DNA of 32,000 bases from an uncultured Chloroflexia bacterium (GCA_963704755.1 OY969938.1:3690001-3722000); one strand, 5' to 3'; numbered from the stretch's first letter, positions 8,742 to 19,346 are shown. The notes: generated by a model from the letters alone, not told the origin. Numbers and translations are program-made.

Positions 8742-10394
8742 ATGTCACTCTTGACCAGGCTGGCATCGCTGCTGCTCGATCTGCCCCCTGCCGTAACTCA
8801 CAAAATCGAATACCAGCTTGATCTCCCGGTGCCAATGGCGGATGGGACCATCCTGCTGGCAAACCGGATTGCCCCAGTTGGTGGGGAAAAATTGCCGATT
8901 ATCTTGATCCGCAATCCCTATACCTCGCGGGGGAAGAAACCCGACTTCATTTCCTTAATAATTGCTGAGCGTGGTTATCAGGTGGTGGTCCAGAACTGCC
9001 GAGGCACCTGGGGTTCAGGCGGCACGTTCCAGCCTTTCGTGGATGACCGGGAAGATGGGCTGGCGACCTTTCAATGGTTGGCACAACAGCCCTGGTTCAG
9101 CGACTCAGTCGGAATGTACGGGTTGAGCTACTGGGGATATGCACAACTCGCTGCCGGTGCGGGCGCGCCGGATTTTGTCAAGGCGCTCATCCCTCAGATG
9201 GCAGCCTCACGTCTCTACGGCGTCATGTACGACCATGGGGTATTGAGCTTGGATGTTGCGCTCACCTGGAACTATCAAACCTATGTGTCGAATGTCCAGG
9301 AATCGGACAAGGATAAGGTGCGAGCCAATAAACAGCGCAAAGCCGCATTATCCAGAGGGTTCATGCACTTGCCTGTTGGAGAAGCAGATCAGGTCGCCCT
9401 AAAATTAACCTCTCCATTTTTCCAGGATCTCCTGTGTAATCAAAAGCCGGATGACAAGTTCTGGGCGACAATCGATCACTCGAAACGGGTTGATCAGATT
9501 GAGGCGCCGGTGCACTTCGTCGACGGATGGTACGACTTTTTCTTAGCCGATATGCTTGCCGACTACGCCGCGCTTTGCAAAGCTGGCAAAAAGCCGTACC
9601 TGACCATCGGCCCCTGGACGCACGCTGAAACCGGCGGTTTAAAGGCGGGTTTCACAGAAAGTTTTGCCTGGTATGACGCCTATCTGCGTGGCAACCGGGC
9701 CGCACTCCGTTCAGATCCGGTACGGGTTTTTGTGATGGGCATTAAAAAATGGGTGAACCTGCCAGCCTGGCCGCCACCTTCCACGGCGGCTGGTTGGTAC
9801 CTGCAAGCCGGCGGAAAACTCTCAACCGAAGCCCCTGTGGGGGAAACGGCCCCATCCCGTTATTGTTATGACCCAGCGAATCCAACACCGAGCGTGGGTG
9901 GTACCTTGTTGTTTGAGGGTGGTCCCAAGGATAATCGCACGCTCGAAGCGAGGACCGACGTACTCAGCATGACCAGCGATGCGATGGCTCACAACACCAC
10001 GATTATGGGCGCGGCATCGGTCGAGCTGTACATCCGGTCAACAAATGAGCACACTGATTTCTTTGCCAATCTGTGTGATGTATCCCCAAATGGCCGAAAG
10101 TCGATCAATATCTGCGATGGGATCATCCGGCTCACGCCACAATTGCAACCAAGCGACAAGGATGGCATCCGAAAAGTTACCATAGAGCTGCTTTCCACAG
10201 CCCATTGTTTCAAGAAGGATCACCGCATTCGTCTTCAGGTCTCAAGTGGCGCCCATCCCCGATATTTGCGTAACCTGGGAACCGGTGAGCCGATTTCAAC
10301 CGGCACATTGCTGCAGAAGGTTGACCAGGAGATATTCCATGATCGGGCCCATCCTTCCGTGCTCATTCTTCCTGTCCTTCCGACTCCAATTTAA
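8742..10394 (+). CDS. CocE/NonD-family (peptidase S15, X-Pro dipeptidyl-peptidase-like) alpha/beta hydrolase
   Basis: Nucleophile elbow GLSYWG and typical family length, with a C-terminal beta-sandwich-like region. GAGGA lies 6 nt upstream of ATG 8742. The ORF track starts two codons earlier, at 8736. Confidence 0.85.
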   Translation: MSLLTRLASLLLDLPPAVTHKIEYQLDLPVPMADGTILLANRIAPVGGEKLPIILIRNPYTSRGKKPDFISLIIAERGYQVVVQNCRGTWGSGGTFQPFVDDREDGLATFQWLAQQPWFSDSVGMYGLSYWGYAQLAAGAGAPDFVKALIPQMAASRLYGVMYDHGVLSLDVALTWNYQTYVSNVQESDKDKVRANKQRKAALSRGFMHLPVGEADQVALKLTSPFFQDLLCNQKPDDKFWATIDHSKRVDQIEAPVHFVDGWYDFFLADMLADYAALCKAGKKPYLTIGPWTHAETGGLKAGFTESFAWYDAYLRGNRAALRSDPVRVFVMGIKKWVNLPAWPPPSTAAGWYLQAGGKLSTEAPVGETAPSRYCYDPANPTPSVGGTLLFEGGPKDNRTLEARTDVLSMTSDAMAHNTTIMGAASVELYIRSTNEHTDFFANLCDVSPNGRKSINICDGIIRLTPQLQPSDKDGIRKVTIELLSTAHCFKKDHRIRLQVSSGAHPRYLRNLGTGEPISTGTLLQKVDQEIFHDRAHPSVLILPVLPTPI

Positions 10395-11298
10395 TAGGGG
10401 TAATCATAGATAAACTAATTCGATTTACCTTTGTGCTACGGACTACTTTTCCCGGTAAAAACGGGAACATAAACAGAAGCCAAATTTGTTTATTTATTAA
10501 ATTGATTTTTAATTATCAATTTCAGTAAATAACATATATAAGTATTTGACTAGCTGGAACAGCCATCAAAATTCTGAAGACATCCCGGACAATTCGGCTG
10601 AGCAAGTGAGTAAACCGTTAAGATCAAATGCGAGCTTCACTAAAACGACCCAAATCAGGCGCAAGCAAACGAGGAGTTTCCCAACAAAGAAAGCCCCAGA
10701 CGTTGACCAGGGGCATGTAGACGACCAACGGGAAGAAGTGGATAGCTTGATTATATGAAGTTGCCATCACCCACCCTCAAGGAAAGGGCCAGTAACTACA
10801 CTTGAACCCGAAACAGCGACGATATTCATAATTGAAATTCTCAGCATCAAATTTGACTTGATGGCGATGAATCCCAACCGCCAATTACAGGGATTACCGG
10901 ATTTATCTGGAACGAGGGCGGCTTGGACGGCAAGAATCGGACGAATGCCATCTGTAAACTTGTTTTCGGATCGCTACCTCATGTTACCATGACAAAAGTT
11001 CGGGTACAACCTTCCTCGGATCGGACAGGCGATGATGGCCAATTGCTTTTCTTCTTTCAAATGGCCAATAATTTTGATCAAGATAAAGCCTTTATCAGAG
11101 TAATGTACCGTTAAGAGGCGAAAATGGAGGCCTTGGAATCACTCGGGCAAGATTTTGCGAATTTCCAATCCATTTTCATCAGAAGGGACAAAGCAAAAGG
11201 CAAGCCCCAGGCACACCTGTCGTTCGATGATATAAATGCTGGCAATCTACATGATGGGGGTGGGGTGGACAGGTCCTTCTTGGGGGATTCGAACCAAC

Positions 11299-11325
11299 AA
11301 AAAAGCGCCTAAAAAGGCGCTTTTT
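11299..11325. terminator. Rho-independent terminator AAAAAAGCGCC-TAAAA-AGGCGCTTTTT just past the 3' end of tRNA-Met (bidirectional shape)
   Basis: GC stem GCGCCT/AGGCGC with an AAAA loop, flanked by A and T runs. Confidence 0.7.
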
Positions 11326-11331
11326 CTTAGG

Positions 11332-11403
<72 letters not shown>

Positions 11404-11414
11404 ATATGTTGAGT

Positions 11415-11443
11415 ATTATAAGCGCATAATCCCTCCCCGTCAA
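11415..11443 (-). promoter_or_regulatory. Sigma70 consensus-like promoter for tRNA-Met: TTGACG-17 nt-TATAAT
   Basis: Read on the minus strand: TTGACG (11443-11438), a 17-nt spacer, and TATAAT (11420-11415), about 11 nt before the tRNA 5' end. Confidence 0.6.
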
Positions 11444-11663
11444 GCCCAGGTATCTTTTTCGGCGAGATTGGTCTTAGCGCTTTTTTTATTTCCTTTTAAT
11501 CTGTAATTTACATGATTCCAGTCAAAATTCTCGTATTATTTTGATGCGATCACTAAAAATTTAAGTTCTCGGATGTTAATAAATCAGGTAGTCTGGCGAT
11601 TTAATTTGCGGGAACGCAAGTTCTTTAGTTCTTTTTCAAACCTTTATTCATAGGGAGGGATAA

Positions 11664-13994
11664 ATGCGATTAGGTTCTTTGCGCCAAGGCCGTTCGGACA
11701 GAGTAGCCTGGGTTTTTACGATCGAGGGAAAATTAACGCTGGCTTTTTTGCTGCTCGTTTTAGTCGTGGTGGCTATCATCGGCGGAAGCGCTTATATCCA
11801 GAGTGAAAAAGCTCTAGAAGAATCATCATCAAACAGCCTGCAATCTCAAGTCCAGATTTCTTCGGATTATGTGACCGACTGGTTAAACCAACGTATGACG
11901 GATATGAATACTCTGGCCGGCATCAGCCAGTTGCGTTCAATGGACGCTGGTCAGGCAGGCACGATTGTCCAGAAATATTTCCAGCAGTGGAAGATCTACG
12001 AAACAATTATTTTGACCGGTCTGGATGGCAAGTCGATTACCGCCAGCGATGGCGGCTCCTACGACCTGAGCATACGTGACTATTACCAGCAGGTGCTGCA
12101 AAACCAGACGGTGATTTCCGAGCCGGTTGTATCTCTGGCAACCGGGAACATTATTTTCGTGGTGGCTGCCCCGGTTTATTCCGTGAACGATCCTTCGAAA
12201 TTGGTGGGTATGATTGTTGGCACTTTGCCGACGAAACAATTTGATCAGGTCCTTTCGGCGTCTTTTACCGGCAAAACTGGCGAAGCGTTTTTGGTCAATC
12301 AGGATGGCTTTTTTATTACCCCTTCGCGTTTTACGGATCAATTGAAGTCCGAAGGGCTGATCAAAGACCGTTCCGAGCTGGAGCTGAAGGCCAATGATGG
12401 TGTCGTCCAGCGTATCCAGGCCAAGCAGACCGGCACATCCAGTTACGTCGATTACCGCGGCCAAAAAGTGATCTCCGCCTATGCGCCAATTCCATTGGTG
12501 GGTTGGGGGCTGGTGATTAAACAAGATACTTCGGAAGCCTACGCCAGGGCTTATGCCCTGCGCAATTCCCTGGCGATGATTCTGGCGCTGGTGATCGTTT
12601 TTTCTGTCACTTTGTCGATTATTTTTGCCCGCACGTTGTCTCGGCCAATCCGCGCTATGGCCGGTGCTGCCCAGGCCCTGGCCGTCGGGGATATCGACCA
12701 GAACATTGCGTATCGAAACAAAGATGAGGTTGGGCAACTGGCCGATTCTTTCCGCCAGCTTATCCATTATCAGCAAAGCATGGCGCAGGCTGCTGACCAG
12801 ATCGCTAATGGCATTTTAACCGCTGAGATCGAACCTGCCTCCGAAAAGGATGCCCTGGGGAATTCTTTCCACAAGATGATCGACAATTTGCGCGCTCAAA
12901 TTGGCTCGATCAGTCTGAGTGCCAATACACTGAAGGCGGCTTCCGGCCAGTTGTCGATCGCGGCTGACCAGGCTGGACGGGCGACCTCACAAATCGCGGC
13001 CACCATCCAGCAGATCACGGCCGGCATCAGCCAGCAAAGTGATGCGATCGGCCGTACCACAATGCCTGTGGATCAAATGGTGCAGACGATCAATGGGATT
13101 GCCAACGGCGCCCAGGAGCAGGCCAGGGCGATTGAACATACCTCTGACCTGACCAGCCAGCTCAACGAATCGATCCGGCAGGTTTCTGAAAATGCTGAAG
13201 CGGTCTCGAAAGGCTCTACCTCGGCCACCCAGGAAGCCCAAAACGGGCAAAATACCATCGGGCAGACCATTGCCGGGATGGAAAATATCCGCCAGAAGGT
13301 CCAACTTTCCTCGAAGAAGATGGCCGAGATGGACCAGCGGTCCAATCAGATTGGGATCATCGTCGAAACGATCGAGGATATTGCCACCCAAACCAACTTG
13401 CTGGCGCTGAATGCGGCCATCGAAGCCGCACGGGCCGGTGAACACGGCAAAGGCTTTGCGGTCGTCGCGGATGAAGTCCGCAAGCTGGCCGAACGCTCCT
13501 CGGCCTCTACCCGCGAGATCGGCGAGTTGATCAAAGGGATTCAGGTGACCGTGAACGAAGCCGTTACTGCCATGCAGGAAAGCGCCCAGGAAGTGGAAAA
13601 CGGTGTGGTGAATGTCAATAACGCCGGGACGGTTTTACACAGTATCCTGACGGCTGTTGAATGGGCCAGCCGGCAGGCTCAGCAGGCCTCCATAGCGGCC
13701 CAAATTATGAGTACCTCAGCCGGGAAAATGACCCAGGCGGTCGAATCGGTTTCGGCGGTGATCGAAGAGAATACGGCTGCGACAGAACAAATGGCCGCCG
13801 GCTCGTCTGAAATATCCACAGCGATCGAAAATATCGCCAGCGTCAGCGAGGAAAATTCCGCCGCAATCGAAGAGGTATCGGCTTCGACCGAAGAAATGAG
13901 CGCGCAGGTGGAGGAAGTTTCCGCCTCGGCCCAGTCCCTGGCCGATATGGCTGATGAATTAGAGCAGGTAGTAGCTCAATTTGTGATCGAGTAA
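11664..13994 (+). CDS. Methyl-accepting chemotaxis protein (TM - Cache-like sensor - TM - HAMP - MA signalling domain)
   Basis: Conserved MCP hairpin core [40 protein letters not shown]-like segment [40 protein letters not shown] before the ATG. Confidence 0.9.
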   Translation: MRLGSLRQGRSDRVAWVFTIEGKLTLAFLLLVLVVVAIIGGSAYIQSEKALEESSSNSLQSQVQISSDYVTDWLNQRMTDMNTLAGISQLRSMDAGQAGTIVQKYFQQWKIYETIILTGLDGKSITASDGGSYDLSIRDYYQQVLQNQTVISEPVVSLATGNIIFVVAAPVYSVNDPSKLVGMIVGTLPTKQFDQVLSASFTGKTGEAFLVNQDGFFITPSRFTDQLKSEGLIKDRSELELKANDGVVQRIQAKQTGTSSYVDYRGQKVISAYAPIPLVGWGLVIKQDTSEAYARAYALRNSLAMILALVIVFSVTLSIIFARTLSRPIRAMAGAAQALAVGDIDQNIAYRNKDEVGQLADSFRQLIHYQQSMAQAADQIANGILTAEIEPASEKDALGNSFHKMIDNLRAQIGSISLSANTLKAASGQLSIAADQAGRATSQIAATIQQITAGISQQSDAIGRTTMPVDQMVQTINGIANGAQEQARAIEHTSDLTSQLNESIRQVSENAEAVSKGSTSATQEAQNGQNTIGQTIAGMENIRQKVQLSSKKMAEMDQRSNQIGIIVETIEDIATQTNLLALNAAIEAARAGEHGKGFAVVADEVRKLAERSSASTREIGELIKGIQVTVNEAVTAMQESAQEVENGVVNVNNAGTVLHSILTAVEWASRQAQQASIAAQIMSTSAGKMTQAVESVSAVIEENTAATEQMAAGSSEISTAIENIASVSEENSAAIEEVSASTEEMSAQVEEVSASAQSLADMADELEQVVAQFVIE

Positions 13995-14078
13995 ATCCGC
14001 TCGCACCTTTTTTTGACTAGAGGTGCACCACCTTAGCGATATCCTTTAGCGGAAAACATTTATTGGTAGAAAGGCAGC

Positions 14079-14109
14079 AAAAATGGAGCAGATTTTCTGC
14101 TCCATTTTT
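14079..14109 (+). terminator. Intrinsic terminator AAAAATGGAGCAG-ATTTT-CTGCTCCATTTTT downstream of the MCP gene
   Basis: 13-nt complementary arms ending in a T run. Confidence 0.7.
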
Positions 14110-14151
14110 GCTCGTTAAATCGTAGCGACTCGGCTTGATTGAAAAAATACC

Positions 14152-14198
14152 GAATTTTAGGTATGTGCAGGGCAAAGCCCCGCACATACCTAAAATTC
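14152..14198. repeat. Long palindromic hairpin (17-bp stem + GGGC-AAA-GCCC tip), member of palindrome family A; may also serve as the der terminator
   Basis: GAATTTTAGGTATGTGC (14152-14168) is the exact reverse complement of GCACATACCTAAAATTC (14182-14198). It is homologous in layout and sequence to 23173-23227. Confidence 0.7.
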
Positions 14199-14226
14199 AG
14201 GTACGTTTTAATAGGAAGCTGATTAT

Positions 14227-15585
14227 TTATCTGCGGGGTTTCAACACCAGGCGGATAGGGGTGCCGGTAAAAGGGTATACCTTGCGGATGCTGTTTTCCA
14301 GGTAGCGCAAATAGCTAAAATGGGCCAGCTTGGGGTCGTTAACATAGATCATAAAGGTGGGGGGATCGGAGCGCACCTGGGTGGCGTAGTACAGGCGCAG
14401 GGATTTCCCTGATTTGGAGGTGGCGTGATGCGCATCCTGGGCGTTTTGCAGGATTTTGTTGAGCTGGCCGGTGGTCATGCGGGCCAGCCGTTCTTCCTGT
14501 ACTTTGAGCGCCAACGGCATGACCTGTTCCACCCGCTGCCCGGTCTTGGCCGAGATGAACAGGATGGGGGTGTAGTCGATAAAGTTCAGGTCCTTGCGGA
14601 TTTGCTCGGTGTAGGCTTGCATGGTATAGGTGTCTTTTTCGATCGCATCCCATTTGTTGACCAGTACCACCGTGCTTTTCTGCGCCTCCAGGACATACCC
14701 GGCGATGTGGGCGTCCTGGGCGGTGATCCCGCTGATTGCATCGATCATCAGCAGGGCCACATCTGCCCGCTCGATGGCGCGCATCGAACGGATCACACTG
14801 TATTTTTCTACCCCGGGCTCTACCTTGCCCCGGCGCCGGATACCGGCAGTATCGATCAGGGTGACGGGCAAGCCCTCGTATTCGATTTTGGTGTCCACCG
14901 CGTCGCGGGTCGTCCCGGCAATCGAGCTGACGATGGACCGGTCTTCACCCACCAGGCGGTTGAGCAGGCTGGATTTGCCCACGTTCGGTTTGCCCACCAG
15001 GGCAATTTTGGCCGAATCGTCCTCTTCTTCCTCGATCTCTTCGGGGAAAGCGGTCACCAGGTCGTCCAACATATCGCCGGTGCCGGTGCCGTGCAGGGCC
15101 GAAATCGGGTAAGGGTCGCCAATACCCAGTTCATAAAAATCGGCGGCGTTGTTGCGAAAGGAAGCGTTATCGGCCTTGTTGATTACCAGGAACACGGGTG
15201 GGTAAGGCTGCCCTTCGATTATTTTCTGGTTATGGCGCAGGATGTCGGCAACTTCGCGATCGGCCGGGGTCACCCCGCTGATCGCATCGGCCAGGAACAG
15301 GACCACGTCCGCCTCGCGGATGGCCAGCTCGGCCTGGCTGCGGATCTGGCCGATGTAATCGGCTGAGCCGACCGAAAGGGGATCTTTACCCCCGCTAGGG
15401 TCGATGCCGCCCGTATCAATAATATGGAAGACACGCCCATTCCAGTCGGCCTCGGCCATCAGGCGGTCGCGCGTCGTGCCAGGGGTATCGTCCACAATGG
15501 CCAGGGGCTCGCCGGCCAGGCGGTTAAACAAGGTGGATTTGCCAACATTTGGCCTTCCCACCAGGGCTACAATAGGCTTTTGCAT
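14227..15585 (-). CDS. der: Ribosome-biogenesis GTPase Der (EngA)
   Basis: Two tandem GTPase domains (GRPNVGKST.. and GKPNVGKSS.., each with DTAG/DTGG and NKxD) plus a KH-like C-terminus. Confidence 0.95.
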   Translation of the reverse strand: MQKPIVALVGRPNVGKSTLFNRLAGEPLAIVDDTPGTTRDRLMAEADWNGRVFHIIDTGGIDPSGGKDPLSVGSADYIGQIRSQAELAIREADVVLFLADAISGVTPADREVADILRHNQKIIEGQPYPPVFLVINKADNASFRNNAADFYELGIGDPYPISALHGTGTGDMLDDLVTAFPEEIEEEEDDSAKIALVGKPNVGKSSLLNRLVGEDRSIVSSIAGTTRDAVDTKIEYEGLPVTLIDTAGIRRRGKVEPGVEKYSVIRSMRAIERADVALLMIDAISGITAQDAHIAGYVLEAQKSTVVLVNKWDAIEKDTYTMQAYTEQIRKDLNFIDYTPILFISAKTGQRVEQVMPLALKVQEERLARMTTGQLNKILQNAQDAHHATSKSGKSLRLYYATQVRSDPPTFMIYVNDPKLAHFSYLRYLENSIRKVYPFTGTPIRLVLKPRR

Positions 15586-15639
15586 GTTTCTCCTAGGGTG
15601 TTGGCGTGGGAGTCGCTGTACCCTTTTCGATTTTGACTT

Positions 15640-16854
15640 CTACGCTCCCAGGAAGAACTGATTTATCGTTAAATCGCTAATCAGTACCTGGACAGACGGA
15701 TCGATCTGGTAAGTGCCGGCGGGTTTGTCGGTTAAATCGACTTCCACAGTGACATCGCTGGCCTTCAATTTGTCCAGCAGCGCCACCGGGCCGGACAGGA
15801 TGACGGTGATTTTTTCGGGTGAGATGTTGGCGATCAGTCCGGGGCCCAGGCCGGTGACGTTGACCGGCAGGTCTGGCAGGGTCAGGCTGCTTTCGATCGC
15901 GGCGACGCCGATGCGGACCAGGACTTCATTTTGGTCGTTGACCACCGATACGCCGTCGGGAAGGGCCAGGCCGACGGATTGATCCCGGTCATCCTTGAGG
16001 TTGGTGATGTCGACCGGATCGGTCTCGATGAAACCGGGCAAATTGGAAACAGTCTGCGGGTTGGCCGAAAATACCGTCACAGTAGGTGGAAATACCGAGA
16101 TGTTGGTCAGGCGGTAGCCATCTGCGATCTGGCCGGTAAGGTTTTCGGTGACGATGACGGTGCGATAGCCAAACCTTTGGGTGATCTGCTGGTTGATGGT
16201 GATTTTGTCCGGCACCAGGGTCAGCCCGCTGACGGCCACTTCGTTCGCGTCCAGCGCCTGAAGGGTGATCGTGCGGTTGATGCTCTCCACCGCCTGGCTG
16301 ATATCGATTTCGGCGCGGACTTCGGCTACCCGGTCCACGGCCGGTTGCGGGCCGGTGATCGTTACTGTGTTGCGGCTCAAGGTAGGCGTATCGGCCTGAT
16401 AACCCTCAGCCGGGGAGCCTTTTTGCACCAGGTTGATCGAGAACTCCTTGCTGGCCAGGTTTTCCAGGGTCACGGTCACGCTTAGCGGTGATTGGCTGAC
16501 TTTACGGACCGGGTGCGGGACGATCTGGGTTTGCACATCCACCGTGTGGGTGCCGGCCGTCAACCCCGAGAGGTCAACGATTGCCCGTACCGCACCGGAT
16601 TCGTTATCTAACTGGGTCCAAATGGAGGTGGGCGCGTTCAGCACCAACGAAATCGACGCAGGCAGCGAATTGGTGATGACCAGGTTAGGATCCTGGCCGA
16701 CGATCTCGATTGGCACGGCGGATGGAAAAGCGTGCTCCTCGAGCGGATCTTTGGCAGTGACGGCTGAGATCCATACGGCCAGGGCCAACACAAATGCGAT
16801 TAGAAAGGCAGGCAGGTAGCTCGTAATCCGGCGAAGAATAGTCATAGCCATCAA
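15640..16854 (-). CDS. cdaR: YbbR-domain protein (CdaR-type regulator of diadenylate cyclase)
   Basis: N-terminal TM followed by repeated YbbR-like beta-rich modules. Its start overlaps the cdaA stop (ATGA at 16851-16854), the canonical cdaA-cdaR arrangement. Confidence 0.8.
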   Translation of the reverse strand: MMAMTILRRITSYLPAFLIAFVLALAVWISAVTAKDPLEEHAFPSAVPIEIVGQDPNLVITNSLPASISLVLNAPTSIWTQLDNESGAVRAIVDLSGLTAGTHTVDVQTQIVPHPVRKVSQSPLSVTVTLENLASKEFSINLVQKGSPAEGYQADTPTLSRNTVTITGPQPAVDRVAEVRAEIDISQAVESINRTITLQALDANEVAVSGLTLVPDKITINQQITQRFGYRTVIVTENLTGQIADGYRLTNISVFPPTVTVFSANPQTVSNLPGFIETDPVDITNLKDDRDQSVGLALPDGVSVVNDQNEVLVRIGVAAIESSLTLPDLPVNVTGLGPGLIANISPEKITVILSGPVALLDKLKASDVTVEVDLTDKPAGTYQIDPSVQVLISDLTINQFFLGA

Positions 16855-17738
16855 TCCTCTCCTGCCGGTTTGGACGGATTCGAATTGCGATTTGGTTTGA
16901 ACAGGTCCATAAAACTGTGTACCGGTTGGGGTGCCTGGAAAAACGCGATCAAAATATTTTCCAATCGTTCGCTATCCAGGCGGCGGATCATGCGGCCGCC
17001 ATGGGCGATCGAAATCGAGCCGGTCTCTTCGGAAACGACCACGGTCACCGCATCGCTGGCCTCCGAACTGCCCAGGGCAGCGCGGTGGCGCAAGCCCATC
17101 TGCCGTTCCGGCGAACGGTTGAGGATCCCGCTGGCCGAAAGGGGCATCACGCAGGCGGCGGCGACGATCTCATCTTCGATGATAATGGCTGCGCCATCGT
17201 GCAGGGGGGTGTTGGGGTAAAAGATCTGCAGGAGCAGTTCGGGGGTCACGCGCGCATTCAGCCTGACGCCGGTGCGGATGTATTCGCGCAGGCTGTCGTG
17301 GCGCTGCATCACGATCAGGGCGCCGTGCTGGCGGGCCGAGAGCCGCGCGCAGGCCGTGACCACGGCCTGGATCGTATCGATCATATTCTCATTATTGCGG
17401 TTCACCCGCTGCCAGATAGGCGTCGAGCCAGAGCCGGCCCGGCCCAGCCGCTCTAATCCGCGCCGGATCTCGGGTGCAAAGATTACCGGTATGGCAAACA
17501 CCAGGGTCGGTACAATGGTCTGGATGAGCCAGCTAAAGGCGGGTAGGTCCACCAGGCTGGTTAGCAGGCTGAGCGCCACAATGATCAAGATCACCCCGCG
17601 CAATAAGATCATCGCCTGGGTGTCGCGAAGTAACAGTAGAATGCCAAAGAAGACCAGGGTCACCAGGAGCAGGTCTAATGCGCTCAGCCAATCAAAGCGC
17701 TGGAAAATGAAAATAATTTCGTTGAATAATTGAGCCAC
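16851..17738 (-). CDS. cdaA: Diadenylate cyclase CdaA (membrane-anchored DAC domain)
   Basis: Three N-terminal TMs. DAC motifs LHDGAAII, GLRHRAALG and VVVSEETG. Confidence 0.9.
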   Translation of the reverse strand: MAQLFNEIIFIFQRFDWLSALDLLLVTLVFFGILLLLRDTQAMILLRGVILIIVALSLLTSLVDLPAFSWLIQTIVPTLVFAIPVIFAPEIRRGLERLGRAGSGSTPIWQRVNRNNENMIDTIQAVVTACARLSARQHGALIVMQRHDSLREYIRTGVRLNARVTPELLLQIFYPNTPLHDGAAIIIEDEIVAAACVMPLSASGILNRSPERQMGLRHRAALGSSEASDAVTVVVSEETGSISIAHGGRMIRRLDSERLENILIAFFQAPQPVHSFMDLFKPNRNSNPSKPAGED

Positions 17739-17761
17739 GATTTGTTCTCGATAAAACGATT

Positions 17762-18901
17762 TTAAATCGGCCGCAGCACGCGGTCCTGACGCAATTTCTT
17801 GAAGAGCAATACCGTGCCTTCTGGCATCGATTCGTGAGCTGCGTCCTGCCAGGCCATGACTTCGAGTGTATCGGGCTTGACAAGTTGGTAGCCTAACCCG
17901 TGCCAGATATCCTCGTGACGGGCCAGGTCGGGTGGGACAAAGATGAGGGATGCTTCACACTGCAAATCCTGCGAGGCCCGCTCGATCTCTTTGACCATGG
18001 CCGGTACGGCCCGGGTGAGCGGCACGCTGGGATCGACCACCATGTCGGTGGTGCGGGAGACCAGGTTTTCCACCTGCCAGCCGACCAGGCCTTTCAAGCT
18101 CTGGTCTACCTCGAGCAGCAAGAATGCTTTTTCACCGAAGGCGGCCATGATATCTTCTTCGTTGAGCGAACTGCGGCTGTGCTTGCGCAAACGGTTCAGC
18201 AAACCGGCAATCTCGGCCGAATGGCGCGGCCGGGCACGGGTGACTTCCAGTTCGCCTTTCTTGCCGGGTTGGGCTGGCAGCGCAGCGACTTCCTCGGCGA
18301 CCGGGACGTAATTCCGCCAGGCGGCTACCGCCTGTTTCCAGGTATCCTCGTAGCTGCCCGCGTTGCGGATGACCACCTTGGCCGCGGCGATCTTTTTCTC
18401 CTGGGCCGGCTGGGCCTCGATACGCTGGCGTGCGTCGATCGCAGACATACCGCGCTGCTTGATCAGTCGCTGGAGTTGGACCTCGGCCGGTGTATAAACG
18501 GTCCAGATGCAGTCACAGGCTTTAGCCAGATCACTTTCGAGTAATTTGATCGCCTCGATAATAATGACCGGTTGGGATGAACGCCCGATTAAATAATCAA
18601 CGGCTTGCCCGACCAACGGGTGAACGATATTCTCCAGGCGTTTCAGCGCTTCGGGGTCACTGAACACCAGGCGGCCCAGGCGGGCGCGATCGATTTCGTC
18701 TTTGGGTCCCAAAATAAATTTGCCGAACAGGTCAACTACCTGTTGGTAGCCAGGTGCGCCTTTGGCAATCGTCCGGTGAGAAAGGGCGTCTGCATCGATA
18801 CCATAAGCGCCCAGGTGCTCCAACATCCGGCGCACAACGCTTTTCCCGGTACCGATATTCCCCGTCAATCCAATGACGAATTTACCCGCCCATTTACTCA
18901 C
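17762..18901 (-). CDS. coaE: Dephospho-CoA kinase with a ~180-aa C-terminal extension (379 aa)
   Basis: P-loop IGLTGNIGTGKS and CoaE-like first ~200 aa. GTG start preceded by AAGGAG (6-nt spacer). The C-terminal half has no motif I can name with certainty (GNAT-like fold suspected). Confidence 0.85.
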   Translation of the reverse strand: MSKWAGKFVIGLTGNIGTGKSVVRRMLEHLGAYGIDADALSHRTIAKGAPGYQQVVDLFGKFILGPKDEIDRARLGRLVFSDPEALKRLENIVHPLVGQAVDYLIGRSSQPVIIIEAIKLLESDLAKACDCIWTVYTPAEVQLQRLIKQRGMSAIDARQRIEAQPAQEKKIAAAKVVIRNAGSYEDTWKQAVAAWRNYVPVAEEVAALPAQPGKKGELEVTRARPRHSAEIAGLLNRLRKHSRSSLNEEDIMAAFGEKAFLLLEVDQSLKGLVGWQVENLVSRTTDMVVDPSVPLTRAVPAMVKEIERASQDLQCEASLIFVPPDLARHEDIWHGLGYQLVKPDTLEVMAWQDAAHESMPEGTVLLFKKLRQDRVLRPI

Positions 18902-19171
18902 TGTTTCTCCTTGATGTTGAAGAGTTCTTGGCTTCAGTTGCCGGCCGCCAAAATGCCAGAAATTGAAGGCAAAATGATCTCTTTATTCTTTTTCTCCCGA
19001 ACCTAAATTGGTTTTCTACTCAGCCAACGATGAAAAAACGAAAGGGGAAGGACGCGACTGACACATTGAGCGGAAGTTTCATCCAAATACAGCCAGCCGA
19101 GCAGCACAAACCTGATATGGATCAATGGGGTCTGCCTTCATTTTATCTTTGGGGAGCAAGAATGTCAAAGG

Positions 19172-19221
19172 AAAAAGGGGGCGCGTGCATGCGTATATAC
19201 GCTTGAACGCGCTCCTTTTTT
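19172..19221. terminator. Compound hairpin AAAAAGGGGGCGCGT..(GCGTATATACGC)..ACGCGCTCCTTTTTT downstream of tRNA-Cys
   Basis: GC-rich arms with one mismatch, an internal 12-bp perfect palindrome, and A/T runs on both flanks. Confidence 0.55.
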
Positions 19222-19263
19222 AGATCGAAGGACTTCTTGTTTCTTTCGAATTTCCCAGCCTAG

Positions 19264-19334
19264 AGGCGACGACGGGATTCGGACCCGTGATCAGGGTTTT
19301 GCAGACCCTTGCCTTACCACTTGGCCACGTCGCC
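19264..19334 (-). tRNA. tRNA-Cys (anticodon GCA)
   Basis: The reverse complement is GGCGACG-TG-GCCAAGTGGTAAGGC-A-AGGGT-CTGCAAA-ACCCT-GATC-ACGGG-TCCGAAT-CCCGT-CGTCGCC-T. The U73 discriminator is typical of tRNA-Cys. Confidence 0.9.
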
Positions 19335-19346
19335 GGAAACAGAACG

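Noticed and set aside
10546-11312. ORFs 10546..10758, 10923..11114 and 11124..11312 (+), and a 47-aa minus-strand ORF at 10624..10767
   Set aside because: They have no convincing RBS, no recognisable motifs and AT-rich, non-coding-like composition. The region is treated as a decayed intergenic/pseudogene region.
14121-14144. CGTAGCGACTCGGCTTGATTGAAA as a solitary copy of the array hairpin GTAG-CTCGGCTTTCAAAGCCGAG
   Set aside because: Only about 14 of 16 positions of one arm match, and there is no complementary arm. That is too short to separate from chance without a genome-wide search.
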